Source: an uncultured Myxococcales bacterium
Lineage (GTDB): Bacteria > Myxococcota_A > UBA9160 > SZUA-336
Reading direction: 5' to 3'
Length of the DNA stretch: 40,471 bases
Assembly: GCA_964566375.1 (NCBI GenBank)
Contig: CAZMKX010000002.1
Coordinates: forward strand, 1 to 40,471
A program made the position numbers and the translations under genes. Below the pieces are notes generated by a model, which saw only the letters and a program-made list of their open reading frames with translations, ran no database searches and was not told where the DNA came from. Of this stretch, positions 1 through 9,166 are shown piece after piece (position 1 is the first letter of the stretch; every line of letters starts with the position of its first letter).

Positions 1-522
1 CTGACGCCAGGCCTGAACGCGGATCATCGCGTCGCCGCCGCAGGCGCTCGTCTCGCCCGGCGGCGTATCCCACTCCACGTCGGCGAGCCGGTTCCACGGA
101 CTCGCCTCGGGAAAACGCTCGCGGCGGCGACCACACGCAACGGCGACATCCGGGTGCGCGGCGAGGTACGCCTGCGCCGCCTCGAGCCAGTCCGGCTGGA
201 CCTCGCAGTCGCCGTCGACCACCTGCACGAATTCCACGTCCGGATGCACCCGAACCAGGTGCTCGAAGCCCGCGTTGCGTCCGCGTGCCGCGGTGTACGG
301 CGCCGAGGCGTCGAGCACCACGACCTCCGCGCCGAGCGCGCGCGCGCGGGCCGGGCTGGCGTCCGTCGAGCCGCTGTCGGCGTACACCACCGCTTCCGCG
401 CGCCCGAGCACCGAGCGCAGGCAGCGCTCGAGGCGCTCCCCTTCGTTGCGGCCGATCACGACGATCCCGACGCTCACGCGGACCTCGGCTCCTGCACCAC
501 GCGCACCCTCTGCTCCGCTCAT
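1..522 (-). CDS. Glycosyltransferase family 2 (N-terminal part; C-terminus lies left of the window)
   Basis: Absent from the ORF track because it runs off the window edge. Reverse-strand translation from ATG at 522 (alternative GTG at 477) reads MSGAEGARGAGAEVRVSVGIVVIGRNEGERLERCLRSVLGRAEAVVYADSGSTDASPARARALGAEVVVLD..ARGRNAGFEHL..FVQVVDGDCEV. These are GT-A/GT2 motifs (IVVIGRNE, DSGSTD, DGD as the DxD). The frame stays open down to position 1. Confidence 0.75.
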   Translation of the reverse strand, partial: MSGAEGARGAGAEVRVSVGIVVIGRNEGERLERCLRSVLGRAEAVVYADSGSTDASPARARALGAEVVVLDASAPYTAARGRNAGFEHLVRVHPDVEFVQVVDGDCEVQPDWLEAAQAYLAAHPDVAVACGRRRERFPEASPWNRLADVEWDTPPGETSACGGDAMIRVQAWRQ

Positions 523-645
523 CGGCCGCCGCGGGCACGGAGCCGAGCCTGAAACCTTGCCGCGCGCGGAGGGTACGCGCGGCCTGGCAGCAGGGCAAAA
601 GTCGCCTATCCATCCTGCCGAATCTGAGCCAGGAAGGACCCTGCG

Positions 646-2025
646 TTGACGCGATCGAGTACCGGTGGGCGAGGCGCGGCAGCGTGCCGCGCGATTCTCA
701 CGACCCTCGCGGTGCTGTGCGCCGGGATCGCTCTCTTCGTCGTGCTTCGCCGCGAGACCTTCCTCTCGGGGCCGAAGGAGACCGCGTTCTTCCTCGGCCT
801 TCCCGTCTTGCTGGGAGCGGGCCTCCTCGCCGCGACGCGGCTCGCGGTCGAGAAGCAGCTTCGCCTGATCGCCCTGCTCTCGTCGAGCGCGCTGTCGCTC
901 CTCTTCGTCGAGCTCGCCCTCTTCGGCGTGAGCGCGATGCGCGAGGCCGCCGCCGCGCGCGCGATGGCCGAGGTCGTCGCAGAGCAGAAGCGCGCGATGA
1001 AGGACTACGACACGCGCACCACACGGCAGCTCTTCATCGACCGCTGGAAGGAAGGCGACCGCATCTACCCGCGGATCTACCAGCTCTCGAGCCGCACGGT
1101 CGAGGTGAACGGCGTCCGCGTGTTCCCGACCTCGAGCCTCTCGGACCGGCAGATCGTGGAGTGCTTCGCGGACGGCCGATACAAGATCTACACCTCGGAT
1201 GAGTACGGCTTCGCGAACCCGCGCGGCAGCCACCGCGCCGACGCGAAGATCGTTCTCGTGGGGGACTCATTCACGGCTGGCGAGTGCGTCTCGGTCGAGG
1301 AGGACGTCGGCGCGAGACTCCGGCAGACGTTTCCCGCCACCGTCAACCTCGGCGTCGGCGGCGCGGGGCCCCTGTGGGAGCTCGCGAATCTCGTGGAGTA
1401 CGGACTGCCGCTGCACCCCGAGTTCGTCTTCTGGCTCTACTTCGAGGGCAACGATTTCGCAGACCTCATGCACGAGGCGCAGTTTCCGGAGCTCACGCAA
1501 TACCTCGACGGCAAGACCCAGGGACTCCGGGCCGCGAAGGCTGCCGTCGACGCGCAGGTCGAGGCTCTCCAGACGACCGAGATCGAGAGCCTCGAGACGA
1601 CGGCAGCGAAGCCTTCGCGCGCGACGTCCCCGGCGTCGCAGCTGCTGCGCTCGCTCAAGCTGCCGCGAATCCGGATGGCGCTCGGACTGCACGGCGATTC
1701 CTCGCGCGCCATCGATCTGCAGGTCGATCTCCTTCGCCGGGTGATCGAGCGCGCGAAGAGCCTCGTCGAGGCTCAGGGCGGCCGGTTCGTCTTCGTGTAC
1801 GTACCGTTCTACGGCCGTTTCGCGGGCGGGTCGGAGAATTTCGAGCGGGAGCGGGTGCTCGAGATGATCGCCCGAACCCGGGTGCGATCGATCGACCTGC
1901 TCCTCCTGATGGAGAAACACCCGGACGTCCTGTCGCTCTATCCGCACCGGCAGTCCGGCCACCTCGACGCCGACGGGTACGCGTTCATCGCCGATCAGCT
2001 CCGCGCCGAGATCGCGCGGGACTAG
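646..2025 (+). CDS. Membrane-anchored SGNH/GDSL-like protein, AlgJ/AlgX-like (SGNH-1)
   Basis: 459-aa ORF. TTG start is preceded by AGGAAGGA (631-638). Three N-terminal hydrophobic helices. Block I is IVLVGDSFTAGE, block III is YFEGNDFADL and block V is SGHLDADGY. Normal amino-acid composition. Confidence 0.75.
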   Translation: MTRSSTGGRGAAACRAILTTLAVLCAGIALFVVLRRETFLSGPKETAFFLGLPVLLGAGLLAATRLAVEKQLRLIALLSSSALSLLFVELALFGVSAMREAAAARAMAEVVAEQKRAMKDYDTRTTRQLFIDRWKEGDRIYPRIYQLSSRTVEVNGVRVFPTSSLSDRQIVECFADGRYKIYTSDEYGFANPRGSHRADAKIVLVGDSFTAGECVSVEEDVGARLRQTFPATVNLGVGGAGPLWELANLVEYGLPLHPEFVFWLYFEGNDFADLMHEAQFPELTQYLDGKTQGLRAAKAAVDAQVEALQTTEIESLETTAAKPSRATSPASQLLRSLKLPRIRMALGLHGDSSRAIDLQVDLLRRVIERAKSLVEAQGGRFVFVYVPFYGRFAGGSENFERERVLEMIARTRVRSIDLLLLMEKHPDVLSLYPHRQSGHLDADGYAFIADQLRAEIARD

Positions 2026-3452
2026 CGCAGTCGAGGCGCCGGAAAAGCGGCCGGATCGGCTGCCGGAGCGGGTCGAGCGCGCTTGCCGCGGGCGTCGTAG
2101 GAGCGCGCGATGCCATAGAGCGCGCCCGACAGGAACACGGGCAGATTGTTCCACCAGCCGTTCGCGAGCAGGTCGACGCAGCGCATGGAGACGATCGCCA
2201 TCAACGACGCCAGGAGGATCTTCTCCTGCGGAACGCGCACCCGATCCAGCGCGCGCCAGGCGGTGATCACGGGCAGGATCAGCATGATGAAGCGCAGCTC
2301 CAGACCGAGCGCACCGTGGGTTCCCAAGCGGATCGCCCAGTACCCGTCGATCCCGCCCTCGTAGCCGCCGGCTTGCCAGCCGCCCAGACCTTCCGCGCCG
2401 GGCACGCGCGAGATGTTCCCCCAGCCGAACCAGATGCGATCTTCCATCAGGTCGAGCACGAAGTTCTCGTCGGCGAAGCGCCCCCAGAGCGAGTCCTGCC
2501 GCTCCTTGCCGAGCACGGCGGCCCACTCGACGAGCTGATCGTCGGGGAACACGTCGGTCGCGCGCAGGGCCGGGTAACCGCACACGATCACCGCGAGGAT
2601 CACCGAGATCCGCGCGACGTTCTGCGCGCGAAGCCACGTGATGGCCGCGCTCAGCGACGTCCCGTACAGGACGCCCGCCACGTTCCGCGAGAGCAGCAGG
2701 CCGACCCACGACAGAATCCAGACCAGTCGCGGTCGCAAGCCGTACACCGGGAGCTTCACGCGCGCGAGGCCCGCTGCAGCGAGCGCGCAGCTCGCCATCC
2801 AGGTTGCGAGCGACAGGCCGTGGTCCATGAACACCGTCGGCTGGACGACGCCCCAGCGGAAGGAGGCCTGCTGCGCGAGGTTGTACAGGAGCTTGCTCAG
2901 CTGGAAGACGTGAAACGGGACGGCCATCACGACCTCGACGAGGATCAGCACGCCGTAGCCGAAGCCGGCCGCGCCGAGGCAGATCATCAGCGTGCGCAGC
3001 GCAGCGCGGCCGGTGAACATCGCGCGGCCGAGGAAGAAGGGGATCGCGAACGTGAGGAGCTCGTCCGCACCGCCCGAGACGATGTCGTATGCCGAGAGGC
3101 CGGGCTCGAGACGCCCCTCGTCCCACATGGGGCTCGAGTTCGTCAGGATGGTCGCGACGTTCGCGATCATGAACACGCCCACGAGAGCTTCGGGGCCGAA
3201 CCCGGGTCGCGCCGCGGAGATGCTGCGCGACTGGAAGATGAGCGCGCCGATCAGGGCGCTCGCGTACGTGATCCGCTCCTTGTCGAACGGCGGAACGACC
3301 GGGAAGTCGAACGCCAGCCACTCGGGAAGCAGAACCGAGCCCGCGAGGATGACCACCGCGGTCGCGGACTCGCGCGGCAGTCGCGAGAACACGTAGATCG
3401 CGACCGGCAGGAAGCCGGCGAGAGCGAGGTAGGCGAGCAGGCTCGGCTGCAC
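2022..3452 (-). CDS. O-antigen ligase / Wzy-like polymerase family membrane protein
   Basis: Polytopic membrane protein with at least 10 hydrophobic segments. A large loop carries FGWGN..GIDGYWAIRLGTHGALGLE, resembling the Wzy_C/O-antigen ligase motif. The maximal ORF reaches 3632, but its first 60 aa are R/A-rich. I place the start at the GTG at 3452, giving VQPSLLAYLALAGF directly into TM1. Confidence 0.6.
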   Translation of the reverse strand: MQPSLLAYLALAGFLPVAIYVFSRLPRESATAVVILAGSVLLPEWLAFDFPVVPPFDKERITYASALIGALIFQSRSISAARPGFGPEALVGVFMIANVATILTNSSPMWDEGRLEPGLSAYDIVSGGADELLTFAIPFFLGRAMFTGRAALRTLMICLGAAGFGYGVLILVEVVMAVPFHVFQLSKLLYNLAQQASFRWGVVQPTVFMDHGLSLATWMASCALAAAGLARVKLPVYGLRPRLVWILSWVGLLLSRNVAGVLYGTSLSAAITWLRAQNVARISVILAVIVCGYPALRATDVFPDDQLVEWAAVLGKERQDSLWGRFADENFVLDLMEDRIWFGWGNISRVPGAEGLGGWQAGGYEGGIDGYWAIRLGTHGALGLELRFIMLILPVITAWRALDRVRVPQEKILLASLMAIVSMRCVDLLANGWWNNLPVFLSGALYGIARSYDARGKRARPAPAADPAAFPAPRLR

Positions 3453-3759
3453 TACGCGACGCCCTGCGCACCCACACGCCTCGAGGCGCGGCGCGGAGTG
3501 CTGGAATCGGTTCGCATTTCGACGGGTGCTCTCCAGTCGTGCGGCGAAGGAATGTAGGTGATCTTCCGCTGCGAGACCGGCTCGACGCGCGATGCCTTCT
3601 CGGCGTCCCGGGGCGGCGGCTTCTCCGCTCAAGTCACGCGCGACGCGCGCCGTCGAAGCCTCTGGTGCCGTTGATCGAGAAGAGTGGCTACCATGCGGCC
3701 CCGCGGGTGAGCGGCACCGCAGTCCGTGTCGTCACCCCGCGTCGAGACGCCAGGAGCGT

Positions 3760-5286
3760 ATGTCAGCGCCCAACGATGACGGCCTAGAGCCTTCCGCGGC
3801 CGCCGTTGCCGACGCCGGCCGGAGCGTGCGCGTGCGCGCCAGTCGCGGAACGATGGTCAGTCTCGTCGGCCAAGGGATCGCCCAGGTGCTCCGCCTCGGG
3901 GGCAATCTCGTCCTCGCTCGGCTCCTCTTTCCCGAAGCCTTCGGCGTCATGGCGATCGTGTACCTGGTCGTCTTCGCGCTGGACCAGATCTCGAACATCG
4001 GAATCGGCGCCGCGATCATGCGCTTCGATCGGGGCGAGGAGCCGGTCTTCCTCGACACCGCCTGGACGATGCAGGCGATCCGCGGGGTCGGTCTCTGGCT
4101 GGTCTCCGTCGCGGCAACGCCGCTGGTGGCGAGCTTCTACCACATGCCCGAGCTGACGACGATCCTGCCGATCGCCGCCTTCGGTGTCGTGATCACCGGC
4201 CTGACCTCCACGAAGCTGATGGTATTGACGCGCCGTCTGGATCTGACGCGCGCGGTCGCGATCGAGATCTCCGGTCAGCTCGCTGCGCTGGTCGTGATGA
4301 TGACGATCGCCTGGATGCACCCATCGGTCTGGGCGCTCGTCTGGGGCGGCCTGGTGAATGCGTTCGTCATCGCGCTCTTGAGTCACCTCGCGATTCCGGG
4401 CCCGGGCAACCGCTTCGCGTGGAACCGGGACGACGCGCGCGCGATCTACTCGATCGGCAAGTGGGTCCTGGCGTCGAGCGGCGTGTCTTTCCTGCTCGCG
4501 CAGATCGACGTTGCGCTGCTGGGGCGGCTGGTGCCGGCAGGGCTCCTGGGCGTGTACACGATGGGCTCCGTCATTCCCAGCCTGCTTCGCGACCTGTCCT
4601 TCCGGCTCTCGTCGTCCGTCCTCGCACCCGTCGTCGCCGAGGCGAACCGCGAGAGCCCCGGCGTCCTTCGCGAGCGCTACGCGGCGGCGCGCCGGCTGAC
4701 GTTGCCGACGGCGATGGTCGCTGCGCTCGGCGCGGCGGTGGTGGCACCCGCCTTCTTCGCGGTCCTGTACGACTCACGCTACGCCGACGCCGGCTGGATC
4801 GCGCAGCTCGCGCTGTTCCGGTACTGGTTCGCCTACCTGCAGGTCTCCGGCTGCCTGACCCTGCTCTCGATGGGGATCGGAAGCACGTGGGCGGTGTCGA
4901 ACGTCGTGGGCCTGATCGGGACCACCGCGGGCGGACTGATCGGCTTCCACGTCGGATCGCTGCCGGGCTTGCTCATCGGCGTCGCGATCGGCACCGCCCT
5001 GGGGGCCCTGGTTCCGATCGTGCACCTGCAGCGCCTCGGCGTCGCCTCTCCCCTTCCCGAGCTTCGCTACACGCTCGCGGGGCTGGCTCTGGCCGCCGTG
5101 CTCTACGGCGCCGTTCACTACTCCGATGGCGTCGTCGCGATCGCGAACCCGGCGCTCCGGACGCTCGTCGTCGGCGGGATCGCGGTTGCGCCGATCGCGG
5201 TGTGGGCGGCACTGCGGGTCCTGCCCGAGATCTCGCTGGGAACCCGCGGTCGGGTCGAGCCGGAGCCGACCGTCAGACCCGGATGA
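3760..5286 (+). CDS. Wzx-like oligosaccharide flippase (MOP superfamily polysaccharide biosynthesis protein)
   Basis: About 14 hydrophobic helices with typical Wzx layout (LVGQGIAQVLRLGGNLVLARLL, GKWVLASSGVSFLLAQIDVALLGRL). ATG at 3760 is preceded by AGGAG (3752-3756). The upstream 56 codons of the maximal ORF (from 3592) are R/P-rich and probably non-coding. Confidence 0.8.
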   Translation: MSAPNDDGLEPSAAAVADAGRSVRVRASRGTMVSLVGQGIAQVLRLGGNLVLARLLFPEAFGVMAIVYLVVFALDQISNIGIGAAIMRFDRGEEPVFLDTAWTMQAIRGVGLWLVSVAATPLVASFYHMPELTTILPIAAFGVVITGLTSTKLMVLTRRLDLTRAVAIEISGQLAALVVMMTIAWMHPSVWALVWGGLVNAFVIALLSHLAIPGPGNRFAWNRDDARAIYSIGKWVLASSGVSFLLAQIDVALLGRLVPAGLLGVYTMGSVIPSLLRDLSFRLSSSVLAPVVAEANRESPGVLRERYAAARRLTLPTAMVAALGAAVVAPAFFAVLYDSRYADAGWIAQLALFRYWFAYLQVSGCLTLLSMGIGSTWAVSNVVGLIGTTAGGLIGFHVGSLPGLLIGVAIGTALGALVPIVHLQRLGVASPLPELRYTLAGLALAAVLYGAVHYSDGVVAIANPALRTLVVGGIAVAPIAVWAALRVLPEISLGTRGRVEPEPTVRPG

Positions 5287-6028
5287 GCCCGCCCGACACG
5301 CGTCGGACCAGGCGCTTCAGGCGGCTGCGGATTCCGCCCTCCTCCACGAACACTTGACTGTGTAGGAAGATCTCGCCGTGCGGTCCACCGGCGGGCAGGC
5401 TCGCGACGGTCCGCGCGTGCGCGTACGCCTCCGCCGGATCGTCGCCGGTATCGCTCATGCGGGTGCGGTAGACACCGGCGAGGAGCTCGTTCACGAGAAC
5501 GTCGGGATGGCGCGCGCGGTCGACCTCGGACGCGAGCGCTTTCGTGAAGACGGTGACCGCCGCCTTGGATGCGGCGTACGCGGAGCTAGCGGGGATCGGG
5601 CCCTTCCAGGCGAACGACCCCATGTTGATGATGCGGCCGTGACCCCGCTCCAGCATGCCCGGAAGTGCCTTCCGGCAGCACAGAGCGAGCCCGATGACGT
5701 TGGTCTCGAACGCGTGCGTCCAGTCCGCGTGCGTCGAATCCAGGAAGAGCACCTTCGGATACTGCGCAGCGTTGTTCACCAGGACGTCGACCTTGCCGTG
5801 GAGCCGCATCGCCTCGGCGAAGAGCCGGTCGACATCGGCCTCGCTCACCACGTCGCCGACGACGAAGTGCATCCGCCCGCCGCAGAGCGCGGCCGTCTGC
5901 TCGAGATCGGCACGCGTCCGACCGATTCCGACGACGTCCGCTCCGTCGGCGCAGAAGCCGACGGCGAGACCCCGCCCCACGCCGGATCCCGCTCCGGTGA
6001 TCACGACCGTCTTGCCCGAGAAGATCAT
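5273..6028 (-). CDS. Short-chain dehydrogenase/reductase (classical SDR)
   Basis: TGAGSGVGRG (TGxxxGxG), NNAA and a catalytic YAASK (YxxxK). 251 aa. The start overlaps the stop of the upstream GMC gene (6025-6028). Confidence 0.9.
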   Translation of the reverse strand: MIFSGKTVVITGAGSGVGRGLAVGFCADGADVVGIGRTRADLEQTAALCGGRMHFVVGDVVSEADVDRLFAEAMRLHGKVDVLVNNAAQYPKVLFLDSTHADWTHAFETNVIGLALCCRKALPGMLERGHGRIINMGSFAWKGPIPASSAYAASKAAVTVFTKALASEVDRARHPDVLVNELLAGVYRTRMSDTGDDPAEAYAHARTVASLPAGGPHGEIFLHSQVFVEEGGIRSRLKRLVRRVSGGLIRV

Positions 6029-7707
6029 CGGCTGCTCCCCTTCGACAGGCGTTCGTCGATCACCTCGGCAACGCGAAGCGCGTTCGCCGCGATCGTCAGG
6101 CTGGGATTCGTACCCCCGCTCGACGGAAAGAAAGACGCGTCGACGACGTACAGGTTGTCCACCTCGTGCGCGCGGTTGTTCCGATCGAGAACGCTCGCGG
6201 CCGGATCATCCCCGAAGCGGATCGTCCCGCACGGATGCCCGAAGTTGAGATTCATCGGCCGGGTGAGCACGAGCACCCTCGTCCGGCCGAGGTGCCGGAC
6301 GAGCCCGCGCCGGAGCAGCGCGTTCCGCTCGCCGAGCTCCTCGCTGTACTCGTACTCGAAGCGCATCCCGTTCTTCGCGTCCGGATCGGGAACGACGCGG
6401 TTGTCGAGGTACGGAAGATCCTCGACGATCGAGCCGAACGCGACGGCATTGCGGAAGTAGTAGGCGGCGATGCGCGAGATGATCCTCAGCAGGAGCGGAT
6501 GCGCGAGCTGCTTGAGCCAGCGCGGGCCCTTGCTCAGGCTCGTCTGCAGATGAGCCATGACCGACCCGGTGTCGATGTGGACGCCCGTCGACTGCACGTT
6601 CCCGAGCTTGCGGCCCTCGTAGACGTAGAGGTCGTTGATCGACAGCGACTTGCTGAAGCTCTCGGAAGCCTGCCCCCGCCTCGCCCTCACCGCGATCATG
6701 TCGCCGGAGTGCAGCATCAGGTTCCGGCCGACGAGTCCGGAGCCGTTCGCGAGCCCTGTCTCCCCGCCGCCGCCCTTCGAGTTCAGCAGCAGGATCGGCG
6801 ACATCAGTGCGCCCGCAGCCAGCACCACGATCTTCGCGGCGATCGAACGCTCCCGTCCCTGCCAGGTGCAGCGGATCCTTCGGACCCCTGCGCGGTCGGC
6901 CTCGAGCTCGGTGACCTCGCACTGACTCATCAGCTTCGCGCCGTATTTCTCGATGGCGGGAACGACGCAGACACTGCCCGAGTCACTCTTGCAGTCGCGA
7001 AGACAGACCCTGCCCGGACAGCCGTCACAGCCGGGAACGAGCTGGCAGCCGATGTGCAGGCGATACGGATTCAATCCCTTCCGCACGAAGAGATCGTGGA
7101 CCTCCTGGTCCTGCTCGTTCATCGGCGGCGGCTCGGACAGCCCGCCGCTCCCAGGATGGAGCGGATCGGGCGTTCCGCGCACGCGGAAGAGCTGCTCCGC
7201 GCGGCGGTAGTACGGCTCCAGCTCTTCGTAGTCGACCGGCCACGCCTCCGGCAACGTCGAGCCCGACACCTCCGGGAAGTTCGACTTCGGCCGGAAGTCG
7301 GCGGGAAAGAAGCGCTCCAGCGTCGCGCCGAAGATGATCGTCGAGCCGCCCGTACCGCAACCCAGCGGCGCGAAGAACTCGACCTTGCCGAGGCTCAACG
7401 CGCCGCGGATCCGATCCGACCAGCGGCCGCCACTGACGCGGTCCCCGCGTCGCATGACCCCCTCGACCGGCAGCGGCCAGTGTCCCATTCGCAAGCGCTT
7501 CTTCGAATCCTCGCTCTGGTCGCCGAGCTCACCGCGCTCCGTGTCGGTCTCGCGCTGGACGAACCGGCCCTTCTCCAGAAACAGCACGCGATGGCCACGG
7601 CGGGCGAGATCGAAGCCGATCGTTGCGCCGCCCATCCCGGCGCCGATGACGGCGACGTCCCACTCGGTGGATTCGGGATCGACGGGTTCGTGAAGAGCAC
7701 GGTCCAC
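6025..7707 (-). CDS. GMC-family FAD-dependent oxidoreductase
   Basis: N-terminal DVAVIGAGMGGATIGFDLARRGHRVLFLEKG (FAD Rossmann fold). C-terminal GTIRFGDD..NLYVVDASFFPSSGGTNPSLTIAANALR (GMC C-terminal signature). A Cys-rich insert reads CQLVPGCDGCPGRVCLRDC. GTG start lies 3 nt after the stop of SGNH-2. Confidence 0.9.
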   Translation of the reverse strand: MDRALHEPVDPESTEWDVAVIGAGMGGATIGFDLARRGHRVLFLEKGRFVQRETDTERGELGDQSEDSKKRLRMGHWPLPVEGVMRRGDRVSGGRWSDRIRGALSLGKVEFFAPLGCGTGGSTIIFGATLERFFPADFRPKSNFPEVSGSTLPEAWPVDYEELEPYYRRAEQLFRVRGTPDPLHPGSGGLSEPPPMNEQDQEVHDLFVRKGLNPYRLHIGCQLVPGCDGCPGRVCLRDCKSDSGSVCVVPAIEKYGAKLMSQCEVTELEADRAGVRRIRCTWQGRERSIAAKIVVLAAGALMSPILLLNSKGGGGETGLANGSGLVGRNLMLHSGDMIAVRARRGQASESFSKSLSINDLYVYEGRKLGNVQSTGVHIDTGSVMAHLQTSLSKGPRWLKQLAHPLLLRIISRIAAYYFRNAVAFGSIVEDLPYLDNRVVPDPDAKNGMRFEYEYSEELGERNALLRRGLVRHLGRTRVLVLTRPMNLNFGHPCGTIRFGDDPAASVLDRNNRAHEVDNLYVVDASFFPSSGGTNPSLTIAANALRVAEVIDERLSKGSSR

Positions 7708-7710
7708 GGC

Positions 7711-9144
7711 TCAGTCGTCCTTCCCGACGCTGAGCGACCCGCCGTGCGGTCGGCGTTCGAGCAGGCCGCTCGCGACGAGCGAGTCCGCGACGACGGCTGC
7801 GGCGACGTCCTGGCCCGCATCACTCCAGTGATCGTCGAAGCCGCGGAAATAGATCGCCTCGCTGCCACGGCTCTGGAAGGTCGAGAAGAGATCGATGGTG
7901 GGAATGCCGCGGCGGCGCCCGATCTCCTCGATGATCGAGACCAGGCCCCGCGGCTGGTAGTCCGGGTATTTCGCGCGGTCGACCTCGCCGGTCGCGTGTC
8001 CACCGACGTCGACGGGGTGCGGAATCGGGATCACGACCAGCGGCGCGGATACCGTCGCGCAGACCTCGGCCATCCTTCCGATGATGCGATCCATGAGCTC
8101 GATCTTGTACCGCGCCGCGTCGCTCTTCGGTGTCAGACTCACGTCTGCGTCGTAGCTGTCCCAGGCCAGGTCCCGAAGCGTTCCGTCGCCCCGAACGATG
8201 TACTCCTCGTACTCGGCGACGTGGCGCTCGCGGAAATACTCCATCCGCTCGAGCGGGCTCATCGATTCCACACCGTTCGACGGCCCCTGGCGGAGGCCCA
8301 GACGAACCGCCAGTGCGTACACGCCGTCCCGGATCAGCCGCTTCAGGATCGCCTCTTCGCGGCCCAGCTTCATCGCTCGCTCGAGCGACGGCTCGATCAC
8401 GAACGCGTTCTCCTCGAGCTCGCCGTTCCCGTTCAGGCGGTAGAGCTTGTTCCGCAGGAGGTCTCCGAAGTCGTTGCCCGTGAAGATTCCGACGAGCACC
8501 AGGTCCGGCCTCAGGCCGGCCAGCTCGCGCTCCATCTTCCGCAGCTCCTGGTCCGGGCCGTAGCCGGCGACGCCCGCGTTCACGACCTCGATGTTCCGGT
8601 GCAGCCGCGAGGACAGCCGATCGGCCAGTCGTACGGCGAACGTGTTCGCGAGGCTCGAGTAGTAGCCGTGGACGAACGAATCGCCGTAGATCGCGATCCG
8701 GAAGTCGGGCCGAGCCTGCAGCTCGTCGCCGCGAAACCCCTGGCTGTTGATCGAGTAGGTGATCCGCTCGCCGCCGTTGATCTCGTCGCGCCGGCTGGTC
8801 TGGATCGCGCCGGGAACCGGCCGATAGAGCAGGCGTGCGTCGAGCTCGTTCTCGGCCTTGAAGCTCGCGGAGAACAGGAACTGGAGCGCGGCCTCCGTCG
8901 CCGACAACATGATCAGCGTCGAGAGGACGAGTGCGAGCACGCGCGCGTTCCACGCCAGGGGCAGCAGGCAGCTCGCGGCGACGGCGACCCCCACGAGCAG
9001 GAGGCCCGCCTGCGTGGAGCCGAATCCAGGCCCGCCGCCAATGAGCTTGTCGTCGGCGAACGCCCACGCGGCGAGGCCGGCGCCGACGAGCAGCGAGAGC
9101 ACGCGCACCACGAGCCGGAACCTTCTCGCGTCCCGCTCGTTCAC
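7711..9144 (-). CDS. Membrane-anchored SGNH/GDSL-like protein, AlgJ/AlgX-like (SGNH-2)
   Basis: 477 aa. GTG start is preceded by GGAGGGG. Three N-terminal helices. Contains INSQGFRGDE, IAIYGDSFVHGY (block I), FTGNDFGDL (block III) and FDDHWSDAGQ (DxHW-type block V). Confidence 0.75.
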   Translation of the reverse strand: MNERDARRFRLVVRVLSLLVGAGLAAWAFADDKLIGGGPGFGSTQAGLLLVGVAVAASCLLPLAWNARVLALVLSTLIMLSATEAALQFLFSASFKAENELDARLLYRPVPGAIQTSRRDEINGGERITYSINSQGFRGDELQARPDFRIAIYGDSFVHGYYSSLANTFAVRLADRLSSRLHRNIEVVNAGVAGYGPDQELRKMERELAGLRPDLVLVGIFTGNDFGDLLRNKLYRLNGNGELEENAFVIEPSLERAMKLGREEAILKRLIRDGVYALAVRLGLRQGPSNGVESMSPLERMEYFRERHVAEYEEYIVRGDGTLRDLAWDSYDADVSLTPKSDAARYKIELMDRIIGRMAEVCATVSAPLVVIPIPHPVDVGGHATGEVDRAKYPDYQPRGLVSIIEEIGRRRGIPTIDLFSTFQSRGSEAIYFRGFDDHWSDAGQDVAAAVVADSLVASGLLERRPHGGSLSVGKDD

Positions 9145-9166
9145 CGCGAGGCCCCTCCGGCGGCGT

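Noticed and set aside
3502-3515. Sigma-54-like TGG..GC element (CTGGAATCGGTTCGCA) in the Wzy/Wzx divergent region.
   Set aside because: The GG-to-GC spacing is 9 nt rather than the required 10, and the flanking consensus (TGGCAC / TTGCW) is poor.
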